In this document: one piece after another, positions 23,113-32,042 of the stretch
How positions within the stretch are numbered: the first letter of the stretch is position 1
Layout: every line of letters starts with the position of its first letter
Assembly (NCBI GenBank): GCA_946402905.1
Contig: CAMIYC010000005.1
Span: forward strand, 46,042-110,041
Source: an uncultured Prevotellaceae bacterium
GTDB taxonomy: Bacteria; Bacteroidota; Bacteroidia; Bacteroidales; Bacteroidaceae
DNA: 64,000 nucleotides
Reading direction: 5' to 3'
The notes under the pieces: generated by a model
What the model was told of the DNA's origin: nothing
The model's input: only the letters and a program-made list of their open reading frames with translations
Database searches by the model: none
Position numbers and translations under genes: made by a program

Positions 23113-24458
23113 AAGACCGAAGACTCTATCGGGCGACAGGCATAAATCAAGACTTCCTTTTTCATGGTTCCCTTCCGTCCTGTAGCGCGAGAAGTGGCGG
23201 ATGTCCGAATCAAGGGCTGAGTAGAATCACTCATAAGGGGAGATGGTTCACATCCGCACACTCTTTAGGCCTTCTTGTAGCCGTCAATCTCCACGTATGG
23301 TTTCTGGCGCTTTATCACGGCAAACATGCGGAGTACCAGCTTGAACTTGATGGCGTTGAGCACCACACCGCCGTTCTTGCCGTCAGACTTGCGCCGCTGC
23401 CAGTAGGACTTGATGTTGGAATCTGTCTGTATGGCTTTTAGGCAAGCCATTGAGAGGTCTGCCTTGGCTTGTGTAAACCCTTTCCTGGACACATGATTCC
23501 CACCGCGTACACTGTCGCCGGACTCTTTCTTGGCCGGGGCAATCCCTATATAACAGGCATACGTGCGGGGATTGGTGACTGAAGTGAAGTTCTCCGTCAG
23601 GATAATGGTTTCAGCCGCCACGACAATTCCTATGCCTGCTACAGAGCGTAGCAGGTCGTAGTTTTTCTTGATGGCGGCGTCCTCCTCCATCACCGAGAGT
23701 ATCTCGGCTTCAGTCTGGCGGACATGCGCCATGAGCGACTTCAGTTCCTCCCTCTTGCGGCTGACGGATCCGTCAGTGTCATAGTCGCACACATCGTGCA
23801 GTTGCTGCTTATAAAGGGCTGACTGCACCACATACTGCCTCCTCTCAGCAATCAAACGCTTGAGTTTGAAGTATGCGGGAGCTGGCAAACGAGAAGGCTG
23901 TGACCTTATCTTACGGCGATGCTTCTCGCAGTACATGGCGATACGGAAGGAGTCCATCTCGTCCGTTTTGATACGGTCCAGCGCACGCTCGCCAGCCTCC
24001 AAGTCAGGCTCAAAGCGGTGCATTTTCCTCGGATTGACCATGCCATAGACAAAGCCTTCCTTCTCCAACCACATGCGCAGATTCTGGCAGTACAGTCCTG
24101 TGTACTCCATGCAGAACAGGATGCCGTCCTTGTCTACGCCAAGCTTCTTCAGCCACTTGCCTATCTGGACGAATCCTGACTCCTTGTTGTCTACACGGAT
24201 ATGACCATGTTTCCAGTCCACAGCCACACCATCATAATAGGCCAGATCGAGCCATCTCTTCGACACATCCACTCCTATGTACAACTCTCTTTCCATAAAC
24301 TCTTATCTTTGCACTTTATTTTACAAAAGGAATCAAGAGTGGAAATGATTCAAGTATGTGCTGAGTCTATTTGAGGAGAACTTCCATACACCCTATGAGT
24401 ACCACATTTAATTTCTTTCACATTTAGACCACTCTTGTTCCGTGGGTGCAAAGGTAAA
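23113..24458 (-). mobile_element. IS110-family insertion sequence 2 (boundaries approximate)
   Basis: A second, divergent IS110 transposase, with about 150 bp of 3' end and about 160 bp of 5' end. The right-hand flank (24459 onward) resumes the R2-tail sequence seen at 10596-10630. Confidence 0.6.
23265..24296 (-). CDS. IS110-family transposase/recombinase (divergent from the first)
   Basis: MERELYIGVDVSKRWLD.., FCMEYTGLY, RIKTDEMDSFRIA, VAGIGIVVAAETI, KKESGDSVRG. Confidence 0.9.
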   Translation of the reverse strand: MERELYIGVDVSKRWLDLAYYDGVAVDWKHGHIRVDNKESGFVQIGKWLKKLGVDKDGILFCMEYTGLYCQNLRMWLEKEGFVYGMVNPRKMHRFEPDLEAGERALDRIKTDEMDSFRIAMYCEKHRRKIRSQPSRLPAPAYFKLKRLIAERRQYVVQSALYKQQLHDVCDYDTDGSVSRKREELKSLMAHVRQTEAEILSVMEEDAAIKKNYDLLRSVAGIGIVVAAETIILTENFTSVTNPRTYACYIGIAPAKKESGDSVRGGNHVSRKGFTQAKADLSMACLKAIQTDSNIKSYWQRRKSDGKNGGVVLNAIKFKLVLRMFAVIKRQKPYVEIDGYKKA

Positions 24459-24534
24459 AGAAGACCCTAAAGACGAGCTATGACTGAGCTGTTACAAAGT
24501 TTTTATTATCTTTTGATTGCTTTCCCGACCCCAC

Positions 24535-24565
24535 AAAAAAGAGACACCGCTGCAAGCGGTGTCTC
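24535..24565 (-). terminator. Rho-independent terminator after tRNA-His
   Basis: gagacaccgc-tgcaa-gcggtgtctc is a 10-bp stem. On the minus strand it is followed by TTTTTT. Confidence 0.75.
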
Positions 24566-24579
24566 TTTCATCTAAGAGG

Positions 24580-24654
24580 GGTGCCCGGACGGACTCGAAC
24601 CGTCGACATTCAGAACCACAATCTGACGCTCTAACCAACTGAACTACGGGCACC
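24580..24654 (-). tRNA. tRNA-His (anticodon GTG)
   Basis: The reverse complement is GGTGCCCGTAGTTCAGTTGGTTAGAGCGTCAGATTGTGGTTCTGAATGTCGACGGTTCGAGTCCGTCCGGGCACC. It folds as a cloverleaf with a TTGTGGT anticodon loop, the His-specific extra 5' G (G-1) and a GGTTCGAGTCC T-arm. CCA is not encoded. Confidence 0.9.
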
Positions 24655-24684
24655 ATCATGTCACTTCCAATACGGAAGCGGGTG

Positions 24685-24692
24685 CAAAGGTA
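24685..24692 (-). promoter_or_regulatory. -7 box TAccTTTG for tRNA-His
   Basis: The reverse complement of caaaggta lies about 30 bp upstream of the tRNA 5' end. Confidence 0.5.
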
Positions 24693-24742
24693 CGCGTTTT
24701 ATTTTAAATCACCAAATTTTCAGGCGATTTTTTACGTTTGTC

Positions 24743-25156
24743 TTATTTTTGAGGGGCAGCCGGAGCAGCCGGAGCCTTGGCATCAGCAGCCGGAGCGGCA
24801 GGAGCTTTGGCATCAGCAGCGGCAGCTTTGCCCTGATCCTGACTCTTCTGAGTGGCGTTGAAGTTCTGCTGGGTGGTCGGGAGAGTGAGAGGATTGTCGG
24901 TGGTAGCCTCTACGGCACTCTGCTCAGTCACAGACTCCGGTGCTACGTAAGCACACAATACACTCAGCACGACCATGGCAATGGCGAGACCCCAGGTGGC
25001 CTTTTCTATGAAGTCGGTGGTCTTGCGCACACCCATAATCTGGTTGGAAGATGCGAAGTTGGACGACAGTCCGCCTCCCTTTGATTCCTGTATCAGCACG
25101 ATGCCGATCATCAGCACTGATGCGATCACGATGAGAATTACGAATAATAGGTACAT
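24743..25156 (-). CDS. secG: Preprotein translocase subunit SecG
   Basis: MYLLFVILIVIASVLMIGIVLIQESKGGGLSS.. is a typical SecG N-terminus, followed by a second TM segment and a low-complexity Ala/Pro/Lys tail. Confidence 0.85.
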   Translation of the reverse strand: MYLLFVILIVIASVLMIGIVLIQESKGGGLSSNFASSNQIMGVRKTTDFIEKATWGLAIAMVVLSVLCAYVAPESVTEQSAVEATTDNPLTLPTTQQNFNATQKSQDQGKAAAADAKAPAAPAADAKAPAAPAAPQK

Positions 25157-25159
25157 TTT

Positions 25160-25894
25160 CTATTTGTTTTTTTTATTATTTATAATCAGTTTTTCCAAAA
25201 AACGGATTTGGTCTGCAAAGTAAATACTTTTTTTTGGATAATTCAAATTTAAACGCTTAATAATTTCCAAAGCCTTCGAATATCTGCCTTGTTTGATGTA
25301 AATACGGGCCAAAGTCTCGGTGAAATAGCCCTCGTCGGCAGATTTGTTGTCTTCTTCCGACAGTTGTGGCACATATTCGGGCTTTTCCTGCAGTTGTATC
25401 TTTCCGCCCTCGTTGATGAAGCCGTCGATCAGGTCCTGGCCACGCAGCTGGGGACTGTCGGGCGTCTCCTGCTGCTCTTCCTGGTCCAGCTCCAGTAGAT
25501 AAGACACATAGTCGACGGTGGCGTCGGCGGGGGTGGGGCGGCGCTTGCCCCTGGAGGCCTTCTCCTCGGGGATGGTGCTCAGGAAGTTGTCGATCAGCGA
25601 GATGGTGCGGTCTGATTCCTTGTCGCCATCCCGGGGGGTCGCCGCCGTGCGCGTGGGCTTCAGCTGGTAGTGGGCGGCCTCGACCAGGTCGAAGAGCTGC
25701 TTGCGGTCGGTGATATAGATGGCTGCACGGCGCAGCTCCTCGTCGAAGGAGGAGTCGTGCAGCAGGTAGAGGTTGCGAAGCATGAGCAGCCGGGCCGGCT
25801 GGTAGTAGGGATAGAGCGCAACGAGCGAGCGGAGATCGTAGAGGGTCTCCTTGTTCAGCGTCTCGGGGTGTTGGATGAGGTAGGTCAGGTCCAT
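25160..25894 (-). CDS. Hypothetical protein with a C-terminal TPR-like motif (conserved secG neighbour in Bacteroidetes)
   Basis: 244-aa ORF. ..LARIYIKQGRYSKALEIIKRL.. is TPR-like. Tightly packed between lptE-like and secG. Confidence 0.6.
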   Translation of the reverse strand: MDLTYLIQHPETLNKETLYDLRSLVALYPYYQPARLLMLRNLYLLHDSSFDEELRRAAIYITDRKQLFDLVEAAHYQLKPTRTAATPRDGDKESDRTISLIDNFLSTIPEEKASRGKRRPTPADATVDYVSYLLELDQEEQQETPDSPQLRGQDLIDGFINEGGKIQLQEKPEYVPQLSEEDNKSADEGYFTETLARIYIKQGRYSKALEIIKRLNLNYPKKSIYFADQIRFLEKLIINNKKNK

Positions 25895-25906
25895 GTCGTA
25901 GTAGGG

Positions 25907-26431
25907 TTACCAGTTGGCCACGGTGGCGTTGAATATTTGGTCGGTGATTTCTTTCACCATCTGCGTCACCAGCTCTTCCTGCACGGAGGCCAGCGACTGG
26001 GTGGTCTCGTAGGAGGCGGTGGCGGTGAACTGCCGCTCGAAGTCGTCTTTGTGCTCGATGTTGTTGGTGAATCTCACGTTCACCGTCATCGAGAGCTCGG
26101 TCTGTGCAGAGTGCCCCTCGCTCGACACGCTTTTGTTGCGTTGGTTGTACTGGGTGATCTCGCCTTCGATCTTCAGGTCGCCGTTGCGTTTCACCTGTGC
26201 CAGCCGCGTGTGGTTGGCGAAGATGTCTTTCAGCTCGTTGTTGAAGATGGTCTGCATCGGACCCCACACATAACTTGAACGGATGGGGAAGTCGTTGATG
26301 GTGATGGTCTTGACCTTGGTGTAGTCGATGCTCGAACTGTTGAATTTGTACGACACGCTGCACGACATGGCCAGTGCCGAGAGCACCAGTGCCATGAGCA
26401 CGACAGGGGTTTTAATTCTTTGCCAGTCCAT
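25907..26431 (-). CDS. lptE: LptE-family LPS-assembly lipoprotein
   Basis: Lipobox ..LSALAMSC. The size and the pattern YKFNSSSIDYTKVKTITINDF..GDLKIEGEITQY.. are typical of Bacteroidetes LptE-like proteins. It overlaps the upstream activator gene by 20 bp. Confidence 0.6.
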   Translation of the reverse strand: MDWQRIKTPVVLMALVLSALAMSCSVSYKFNSSSIDYTKVKTITINDFPIRSSYVWGPMQTIFNNELKDIFANHTRLAQVKRNGDLKIEGEITQYNQRNKSVSSEGHSAQTELSMTVNVRFTNNIEHKDDFERQFTATASYETTQSLASVQEELVTQMVKEITDQIFNATVANW

Positions 26432-27659
26432 ATTGCTTGAGTTTGCGGTATAAGGTGCGGTCGGAAATACCCAGTTCGGAGGCTGTCTTCTTGCGGTTGC
26501 CGTTGTTGCGCTCCAGGGCCTTGATGATGTTGCGACGCTCCTGGTCGTTCAGGTTGAGACTCTCAGGCTCCTGGTCGCTCTCGGCAATCTCTACCGCCTC
26601 GGCGTCTTCCACCAGGGTGCTGGCCGTCGGCTCATGCTGCTCCTTGGGGCTGTCGATGGCCATGGGATACTGTGCGCTGAGGGCCTGTGCCTGTGTGGTG
26701 AGCGCATTGGTGTCGTCGATCTGTTTGCGCAGGCCGTTGAGCTCGCGCCGCAGGTCGTTGACGTTGCTGCGCAGGTCGAAAAGCACTTTGAAGAGGGCCT
26801 CGCGCTCTTTCTCATAAGAGTGCGACCCGCTGCCGCCTTGCTGCAGGGGTACGGGCATGGTCGTCTCGTTGTCGTCGGGGATGAAGAGGCTGAGGGTCTC
26901 TATGTCGATGACGCGCTTCTCGCTGAGCACCGACATCTGCTGGGTGATGTTTTTCAGCTGCCGCACGTTGCCGGGCCATTTGTAGCGCAGCATCTTTTGC
27001 TGGGCCGCCTCGTCGAGGGTGATGCGAGGCAGGCGGTAGCGCTCGGCAATCTGCATGGCAAAGAGCCTGAAGAGCAGCAGAATGTCGCCACCGCGGTCGC
27101 GCAGTGGGGGCATCTGTATGGGGATGGTGTTCAGGCGGTAGTAGAGGTCTTCGCGGAAGCGCCCCTCGCTGATGGCCTTGCGGATGTTGATGTTGGTGGC
27201 TGCCACGACGCGCACGTCGGTCTTGAGCACCTTCTGACCTCCCACGCGGATATACTCGCCGGTCTCCAGCACGCGCAGCAGGCGCGCCTGGGTGGCCAAG
27301 GGCAGCTCGCCCACCTCGTCGAGGAAGATGGTGCCCTTGTCGGCTGTGCCGAAATATCCTTTGCTCTCGCTGATGGCATCGGTGAAGGCGCCTTTCTCGT
27401 GTCCGAAGAGCTCGCTGTCGATGGTGCCTTCGGGGATGGAGCCGCAGTTGATGGCAAAGTAGTTCTGTCCGCGTCGTGTGGAATGGTCATGGATGAGGCG
27501 GGGGATGATTTCCTTGCCCACGCCGCTCTCGCCCACAATGAGCACAGACAGGTCGGTGGGTGCCACTTGCAGTGCGATGTCGAGCGCGCGGTTCAGCGCG
27601 TCGCAGTTGCCCACGATGTTGTAGCGGTTTTTGATGCTTTGCAGGTCGGTTGTTTTCAT
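26412..27659 (-). CDS. Sigma-54-dependent transcriptional activator (AAA+ plus Fis-type HTH, no receiver domain)
   Basis: Walker A GESGVGKE; a GAFTGA-type loop (EKGAFTDA); C-terminal HTH ASELGISDRTLYRKLKQYGL. Confidence 0.85.
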   Translation of the reverse strand: MKTTDLQSIKNRYNIVGNCDALNRALDIALQVAPTDLSVLIVGESGVGKEIIPRLIHDHSTRRGQNYFAINCGSIPEGTIDSELFGHEKGAFTDAISESKGYFGTADKGTIFLDEVGELPLATQARLLRVLETGEYIRVGGQKVLKTDVRVVAATNINIRKAISEGRFREDLYYRLNTIPIQMPPLRDRGGDILLLFRLFAMQIAERYRLPRITLDEAAQQKMLRYKWPGNVRQLKNITQQMSVLSEKRVIDIETLSLFIPDDNETTMPVPLQQGGSGSHSYEKEREALFKVLFDLRSNVNDLRRELNGLRKQIDDTNALTTQAQALSAQYPMAIDSPKEQHEPTASTLVEDAEAVEIAESDQEPESLNLNDQERRNIIKALERNNGNRKKTASELGISDRTLYRKLKQYGLAKN

Positions 27660-27750
27660 TGGGTGACAAAATTACATATAATCAATGAGAAAACTGCAAT
27701 TTTGGCAGATTATTTTTGTTTTTTTAGGGATTGGTCAGAGCACTCCGCAT

Positions 27751-27816
27751 CCCGTCAATAACGAAAATCCCGTTAATCCCGTTAATAACGAAAATCCCGA
27801 CAATCCCGTCAATACC
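27751..27816. repeat. About 2.4 tandem copies of a 27-bp unit cccgtYaataacgaaaatcccgWYaat
   Basis: Read directly, in the spacer between the LPG-synthase-like stop and the activator start. Confidence 0.85.
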
Positions 27817-27858
27817 CCCTCCACAGAACAAACCTCCTCGCCCAATTCCTGTGAAAGC

Positions 27859-28848
27859 TCAGCTTTCTTTCCGCTCGAATTTGATCAGCAGCAGGCCGAT
27901 GGCCGTCCAGATGAGCTCGCGGATGCGCACCAGCAGAGCCACCAGGATGGCGGCATCGGTGGTCATGCGCAGCCCTTTGACCGACATGAGGAAGCCTCCC
28001 TCGCGTCCTCCCAGCTGCAAGGGCATGAAGAAGAGCAGGTTGGCGAAGAGGCTGGTGAAGGCCAGCACCAGTATGCACTCCAGGTAGTTGACGCTCGGCA
28101 TGAGCACGCGCAGGATGAAGTAGATCTCCAGGGCAGAGCAGATGCGGCATGCCAGCTCGGAGAGCACCGCGCCACGGAATGTGCGGGGGTTCTGGCTGTG
28201 CAGCGCGGCAATCTGCCTGTCGATGGTGTCGAGCGTGGCGCGCTTCTTTTCGATGAACGTGGTGGCCCAACGCTTCACGCCGGGCACGTGGCGCAGCAGA
28301 CTCATGGCGCGGTAGGCGAGTCCCTTCTTGTATCCCACCATGAAAAACCAGATGCCCGCGATGCAGAAGACGCCGGTGGCTGCGAGGATGAGGCCGATGG
28401 GGATGGAGACGGGCTGCGTGAGCACGTAGAGAACCACGGAGAGAAGCCAGAACCAGAAGTGGCTGAAAATGTGGGTCATGGCGAAGAGGATGACCGACGC
28501 CGAAGCGCGCTCGGTGCCGATCTTCGGTGCCAGGGCCATGATGCGGTAGGGCTCGCCGCCCATCAGTCCGCCGGGGGTGGCATAGTTGAGTGCGAAGCCC
28601 GAGATGGTGATCTTGTACAGCCACCAGAAGCCCACGTCGGTCTTGCGGCGCAGGCCGTTGTTGATGATGATATACCAGGAGGTCGTGTTGAAGAGGTAGA
28701 GTACGCCCCATAGTGCTACCACGGCGAGAAACCAGTAGCCCGCCTCACACATGCGGTGCCACACCTCGACAAAGTCGAGCTGCGACACCATGAGAGCCAG
28801 GATCAGCAGTCCGAAGATGAAAAAGCCGTTCTGGTATTTCTTCTTCAT
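27859..28848 (-). CDS. Lysylphosphatidylglycerol-synthase-TM-region-like (UPF0104 flippase-like) membrane protein
   Basis: Polytopic membrane ORF. ..[15 protein letters not shown].. is characteristic of the family. Confidence 0.65.
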   Translation of the reverse strand: MKKKYQNGFFIFGLLILALMVSQLDFVEVWHRMCEAGYWFLAVVALWGVLYLFNTTSWYIIINNGLRRKTDVGFWWLYKITISGFALNYATPGGLMGGEPYRIMALAPKIGTERASASVILFAMTHIFSHFWFWLLSVVLYVLTQPVSIPIGLILAATGVFCIAGIWFFMVGYKKGLAYRAMSLLRHVPGVKRWATTFIEKKRATLDTIDRQIAALHSQNPRTFRGAVLSELACRICSALEIYFILRVLMPSVNYLECILVLAFTSLFANLLFFMPLQLGGREGGFLMSVKGLRMTTDAAILVALLVRIRELIWTAIGLLLIKFERKES

Positions 28849-29933
28849 TGCACCTCGTCGCGCTTTTTGGGGATGGCAAAACGCACTTTCTCGCTCTCGT
28901 CGCGCTTCTCGTGATAGAGTTTCTTCAGTGGGTCGGTCAGAGGCTCGTCATAGGCAGCGCGGTTGCGCAGCGTGTCGATGGCCAGGTAGATGGCGTCGCG
29001 CAGCAGACTCTCGTCGGCCTCGCCCTTGCCGGCCATCTCAAAGCCCGGAGTGTCGCCGGGGGCGGTATGTACCAGGGGAAGCCCCGTGGTCAGCATGACC
29101 TCGCTGTCGCCGGCGAGGAGCCTGAAGGGCACCATCGCCTGGTCGTAGTGCATGGTCAGGGTGCCGTCAAACTGGTTGTAGTAGCCACGGCTGAAGTACT
29201 CCTGAGCGGGGTAGGGGCCGTAGACACCGATGCCGTTGTTGTGCAGCTCCTCGATGGCGGGCTTGAGGATCTCCGTTTCCTCGTCACCCTCGGTGGGGTT
29301 CACCTGCAGCAGGGCAATGCGAGGGGTGGGCAGACGGAAGTCGCGGCGCAGACTGTTGAAGAAGGTCGTGGCTTTCTCCACTACCAGGTCCTTGCGGAGC
29401 TGGCGAAGCGCGTCGCCCAGAGGCATGAAACCTGTGACGGAGGCCATGCGCAGACCTTCGCGCACATGCACCAGCAGGGCCTGCGAAGGCTGTTCGGAAG
29501 ACTGGGCCACCAGTTCCTGCTGCGTGGGTAGCGGAGCCGCCTCCGATGCCTGACCCTCCTCGTTGAGAGGCAGTGTCACCAGCACGTCGAAGAGGCCTTC
29601 CTTCTGGTCGGCAAGGGCGCGCTGAAGGGCTGTCCGTGCAGCCTTGTCCGACACTTTCGTCGGACTGCCGAGGTCTACTTTCACCTCCTCGTCGATGGCG
29701 GTGAGCATGTTCACCTTGCCGTCCTGTACATCGTCTGCCTTGCTGATGATGGTGAAGTTGGCCTGCATGCCCAGACTCTTGCGGTGATACGACGCGATCT
29801 TGGGCGAACCGTATATGATCGGGGTGCACAGTTCGAGAATGGCGGGGTCGGCGAAGGTCTTGAAGATACGCTCGTAGCCGGTGCCATTGGTGTCGCCGTG
29901 GGTGATGGCGACTCTGATCTTATTTTCTTCCAT
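28845..29933 (-). CDS. pdxA: 4-hydroxythreonine-4-phosphate dehydrogenase PdxA
   Basis: [16 protein letters not shown].., ..[20 protein letters not shown]..; the length of about 360 aa is typical of Bacteroidetes PdxA. Confidence 0.8.
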   Translation of the reverse strand: MEENKIRVAITHGDTNGTGYERIFKTFADPAILELCTPIIYGSPKIASYHRKSLGMQANFTIISKADDVQDGKVNMLTAIDEEVKVDLGSPTKVSDKAARTALQRALADQKEGLFDVLVTLPLNEEGQASEAAPLPTQQELVAQSSEQPSQALLVHVREGLRMASVTGFMPLGDALRQLRKDLVVEKATTFFNSLRRDFRLPTPRIALLQVNPTEGDEETEILKPAIEELHNNGIGVYGPYPAQEYFSRGYYNQFDGTLTMHYDQAMVPFRLLAGDSEVMLTTGLPLVHTAPGDTPGFEMAGKGEADESLLRDAIYLAIDTLRNRAAYDEPLTDPLKKLYHEKRDESEKVRFAIPKKRDEVQ

Positions 29934-30894
29934 AGTCTGTTTGCTTGTTTCTTTTGATAGTATATAGTGACGCCTCCAGAAGGCGTAGCTTGTCGCGTTT
30001 CATGACCGAAGGGGCGTAAAGCAGGGCCTCGCACACCAACGTGACGCGGGTGGCACTGTCGGTGGTGGCATGCAGGACAAAGGGACCGCCCATCGCGTCG
30101 CCCGTCATCTCCCACAGACCTCTGACGACGGTGGCACGGCTGCCGCGGGCGGGGACTGTGCGGCGGTGGCAACTGCCGTCGACGGTGCGCACATACATGC
30201 CGGGTGACTCGCCCCGTAGGTTGCGGCGCATCACACTGTCGCGGCCCGCTATCACGTCCATGCCCAGGGGGATGGTGTAGAAGCACAGGCCGCTCATGCC
30301 CTCGGGCACATCGTCGCTCAGCCACAGGAAGTGGTCGCCGCGGCATAGACGGCCTAATGCCGGCGGTACGAGCAGATGGATGCCGAAAGTCTCTGCCACG
30401 GCTTGCTCCGCCCGCTGGTGATGGCTTCGTCGGAGCTGCGCGATGGCGGTGGCCCGTTCGCTCCGTGAGAGCAACCCGCGCAGGCGGGGAGCTACGCGGC
30501 TCGCGTCGGCACGGAGCTGACGCACCGACGGCGTGTTGAGGTATACGATGGTCTGCGGCGTGGCATAGGTGTCTCTCGCGTAGCGCAGCTGTGTGCGGGT
30601 GTAACGGCTGGAGTCGGCAGTCAGCACCACGATGTGGCGCGACAACCTGGCGGTGGCGCCGTAGTGGCTCCGGTCGATGGCGGTCACGTCGAAGCAGGGC
30701 TCCTCCTGGGGCAGCCCCTCGACGGGCACCGACAGCATTCCGGCCACGAGACCGTCGCTGTCGCCCACCACCGTCACTTCATACGGCCGGCCTCCGCTGC
30801 GAGGGGTGAGGGGCGAGCCGGGGCCGCACGACAACAGCATCCATGCTGCGAAAGTCGCGAAAACCGCTGACAGCAGCGGGCAGCGGTACCTCAT
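29920..30894 (-). CDS. DUF4837-family lipoprotein
   Basis: Lipobox LLSCG. GRPYEVTVVGDS..VEGLPQEEPCFDVTAI.. matches the DUF4837 pattern. Overlaps both neighbouring genes. Confidence 0.55.
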   Translation of the reverse strand: MRYRCPLLSAVFATFAAWMLLSCGPGSPLTPRSGGRPYEVTVVGDSDGLVAGMLSVPVEGLPQEEPCFDVTAIDRSHYGATARLSRHIVVLTADSSRYTRTQLRYARDTYATPQTIVYLNTPSVRQLRADASRVAPRLRGLLSRSERATAIAQLRRSHHQRAEQAVAETFGIHLLVPPALGRLCRGDHFLWLSDDVPEGMSGLCFYTIPLGMDVIAGRDSVMRRNLRGESPGMYVRTVDGSCHRRTVPARGSRATVVRGLWEMTGDAMGGPFVLHATTDSATRVTLVCEALLYAPSVMKRDKLRLLEASLYTIKRNKQTDYGRK

Positions 30895-31934
30895 GACACG
30901 TCGGCCTTTCTCTTTGAGGCCGCGGTGCTGAGCAGACCGCAGGCGGCCTGGATGTCCTCGCCGCGGCTGGCGCGGATGGTGGTGAAGATACCATGCGAGG
31001 TGAGATAGTCGCGGAGCGACTCCATGCGCTCCTCGCTGGCTCCCCTGAGGTCCACGCCGGGTATCTGGTGAAAGCGTATCAGGTTGACACGGCAGTCGAG
31101 GCCGCGGAGCAGCCGCACGATCTCACGGGCGTGTAGGGGGGTGTCGTTGAGCCCGCCGAAGACGATATACTCAAACGAGAGCCTGCGCTGGTGGGAGAAG
31201 TCGTAGTGACGCAGCAGCTCTACCACATCGGCGATGGGCATGGCCCGCTCGGCGGGCATCAGCGAGAGCCGCTGCTCGTGGATGGGGGAGTGGAGGCTGA
31301 TGGCTACGTGGCACTCGCTCTCGTCGAGAAACCGGCGCAGCTTGCTCTTGATGCCCACACTGCTCACCGTGATGCGCCTCGGACTCCATGCGTAGCCATA
31401 GTCGGCGGTCATGACCTCCGTGGCGCGAAGCACGGCGTCGAGGTTGTCCATCGGTTCGCCCTGACCCATCAGCACGATGTTGGTCAGCAGGTCGCGCCCG
31501 GGCAGGGCGTACACCTGGTTGAGAATGTCGGCGGCGGTGAGGTTGCCCTCATAGCCTTGCTTGCCGGTCTGGCAAAACAGACAGTTCATCTTGCAGCCCA
31601 CCTGCGAGGAGACGCAGAGCGTGGCACGCTCGCCGTCGGGGATGAAGACCGTCTCTACCAGCTTTCCGCTCGCCGTGGGGAAGAGATACTTGATGGTGCC
31701 GTCGCTGGAGCACTGACGCTCCACGGGAGGCATGCAACCCACCTCGTAGCGCTCGGCTATCAGGGCACGGTTGGCCTTCGAGATGTTGGTCATCTCGTCG
31801 ATACCGGTCACATGCCGACGGTAGAGCCAGTCGGCAATCTGGCCGCCCGTGAAGGCGGGCATGCCCATCTCGCGCACGGCGTCTTTCAACTCTGCAAGAC
31901 TCATGCCGAGAAGCTTTTTTCGCTGATTTTCCAT
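30891..31934 (-). CDS. rlmN: 23S rRNA/tRNA (adenine-C2)-methyltransferase RlmN (radical SAM)
   Basis: CVSSQVGCKMNCLFCQTG (CxxxCxxC), ..NIVLMGQGEPMDN.., C-terminal ..DIQAACGLL. Confidence 0.9.
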   Translation of the reverse strand: MENQRKKLLGMSLAELKDAVREMGMPAFTGGQIADWLYRRHVTGIDEMTNISKANRALIAERYEVGCMPPVERQCSSDGTIKYLFPTASGKLVETVFIPDGERATLCVSSQVGCKMNCLFCQTGKQGYEGNLTAADILNQVYALPGRDLLTNIVLMGQGEPMDNLDAVLRATEVMTADYGYAWSPRRITVSSVGIKSKLRRFLDESECHVAISLHSPIHEQRLSLMPAERAMPIADVVELLRHYDFSHQRRLSFEYIVFGGLNDTPLHAREIVRLLRGLDCRVNLIRFHQIPGVDLRGASEERMESLRDYLTSHGIFTTIRASRGEDIQAACGLLSTAASKRKADVS

Positions 31935-31954
31935 GTGCAGTCTCCTTTAAACTG

Positions 31955-31962
31955 CAAAGGTA
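31955..31962 (-). promoter_or_regulatory. -7 box TAccTTTG for the rlmN operon
   Basis: The reverse complement of caaaggta lies about 20 bp upstream of the ATG at 31934. Confidence 0.5.
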
Positions 31963-32009
31963 GTGAAATTTAAATGGAAAATGACACCGCGGTTCTCATT
32001 TTTTTTGAG

Positions 32010-32017
32010 TAAGTTTG
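32010..32017 (+). promoter_or_regulatory. -7 box TAagTTTG
   Basis: 26 bp upstream of the ATG at 32043, divergent from rlmN. Confidence 0.5.
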
Positions 32018-32042
32018 CACATTCTTACGAAATCTTTAGTTT

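Noticed and set aside
22953-23441. 162-aa plus-strand ORF across the junction of the two IS110 elements
   Set aside because: It spans non-coding IS ends and runs antisense into the second transposase gene. Its composition is Arg/Leu-rich with no motif.
24304-24311. Plus-strand TAtcTTTG box just inside IS element 2, considered as an outward-reading promoter driving neighbouring genes
   Set aside because: The only downstream feature before the next minus-strand genes is the oppositely oriented tRNA-His, so no plus-strand target exists. I kept it only as a possible antisense signal in the leader finding.
25257-26363. 368-aa minus-strand ORF overlapping the TPR-like and lptE-like genes in another frame
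   Set aside because: It is extremely Arg/Pro/His-rich, and the two in-frame genes it overlaps have clear signal, lipobox and family features.
27693-27710. TGGCAG-N5-TTTTG resembling a sigma-54 -24/-12 promoter next to the sigma-54 activator gene
   Set aside because: The -12 element is TTTT rather than TTGC at the required spacing, and it points towards genes on the opposite strand.
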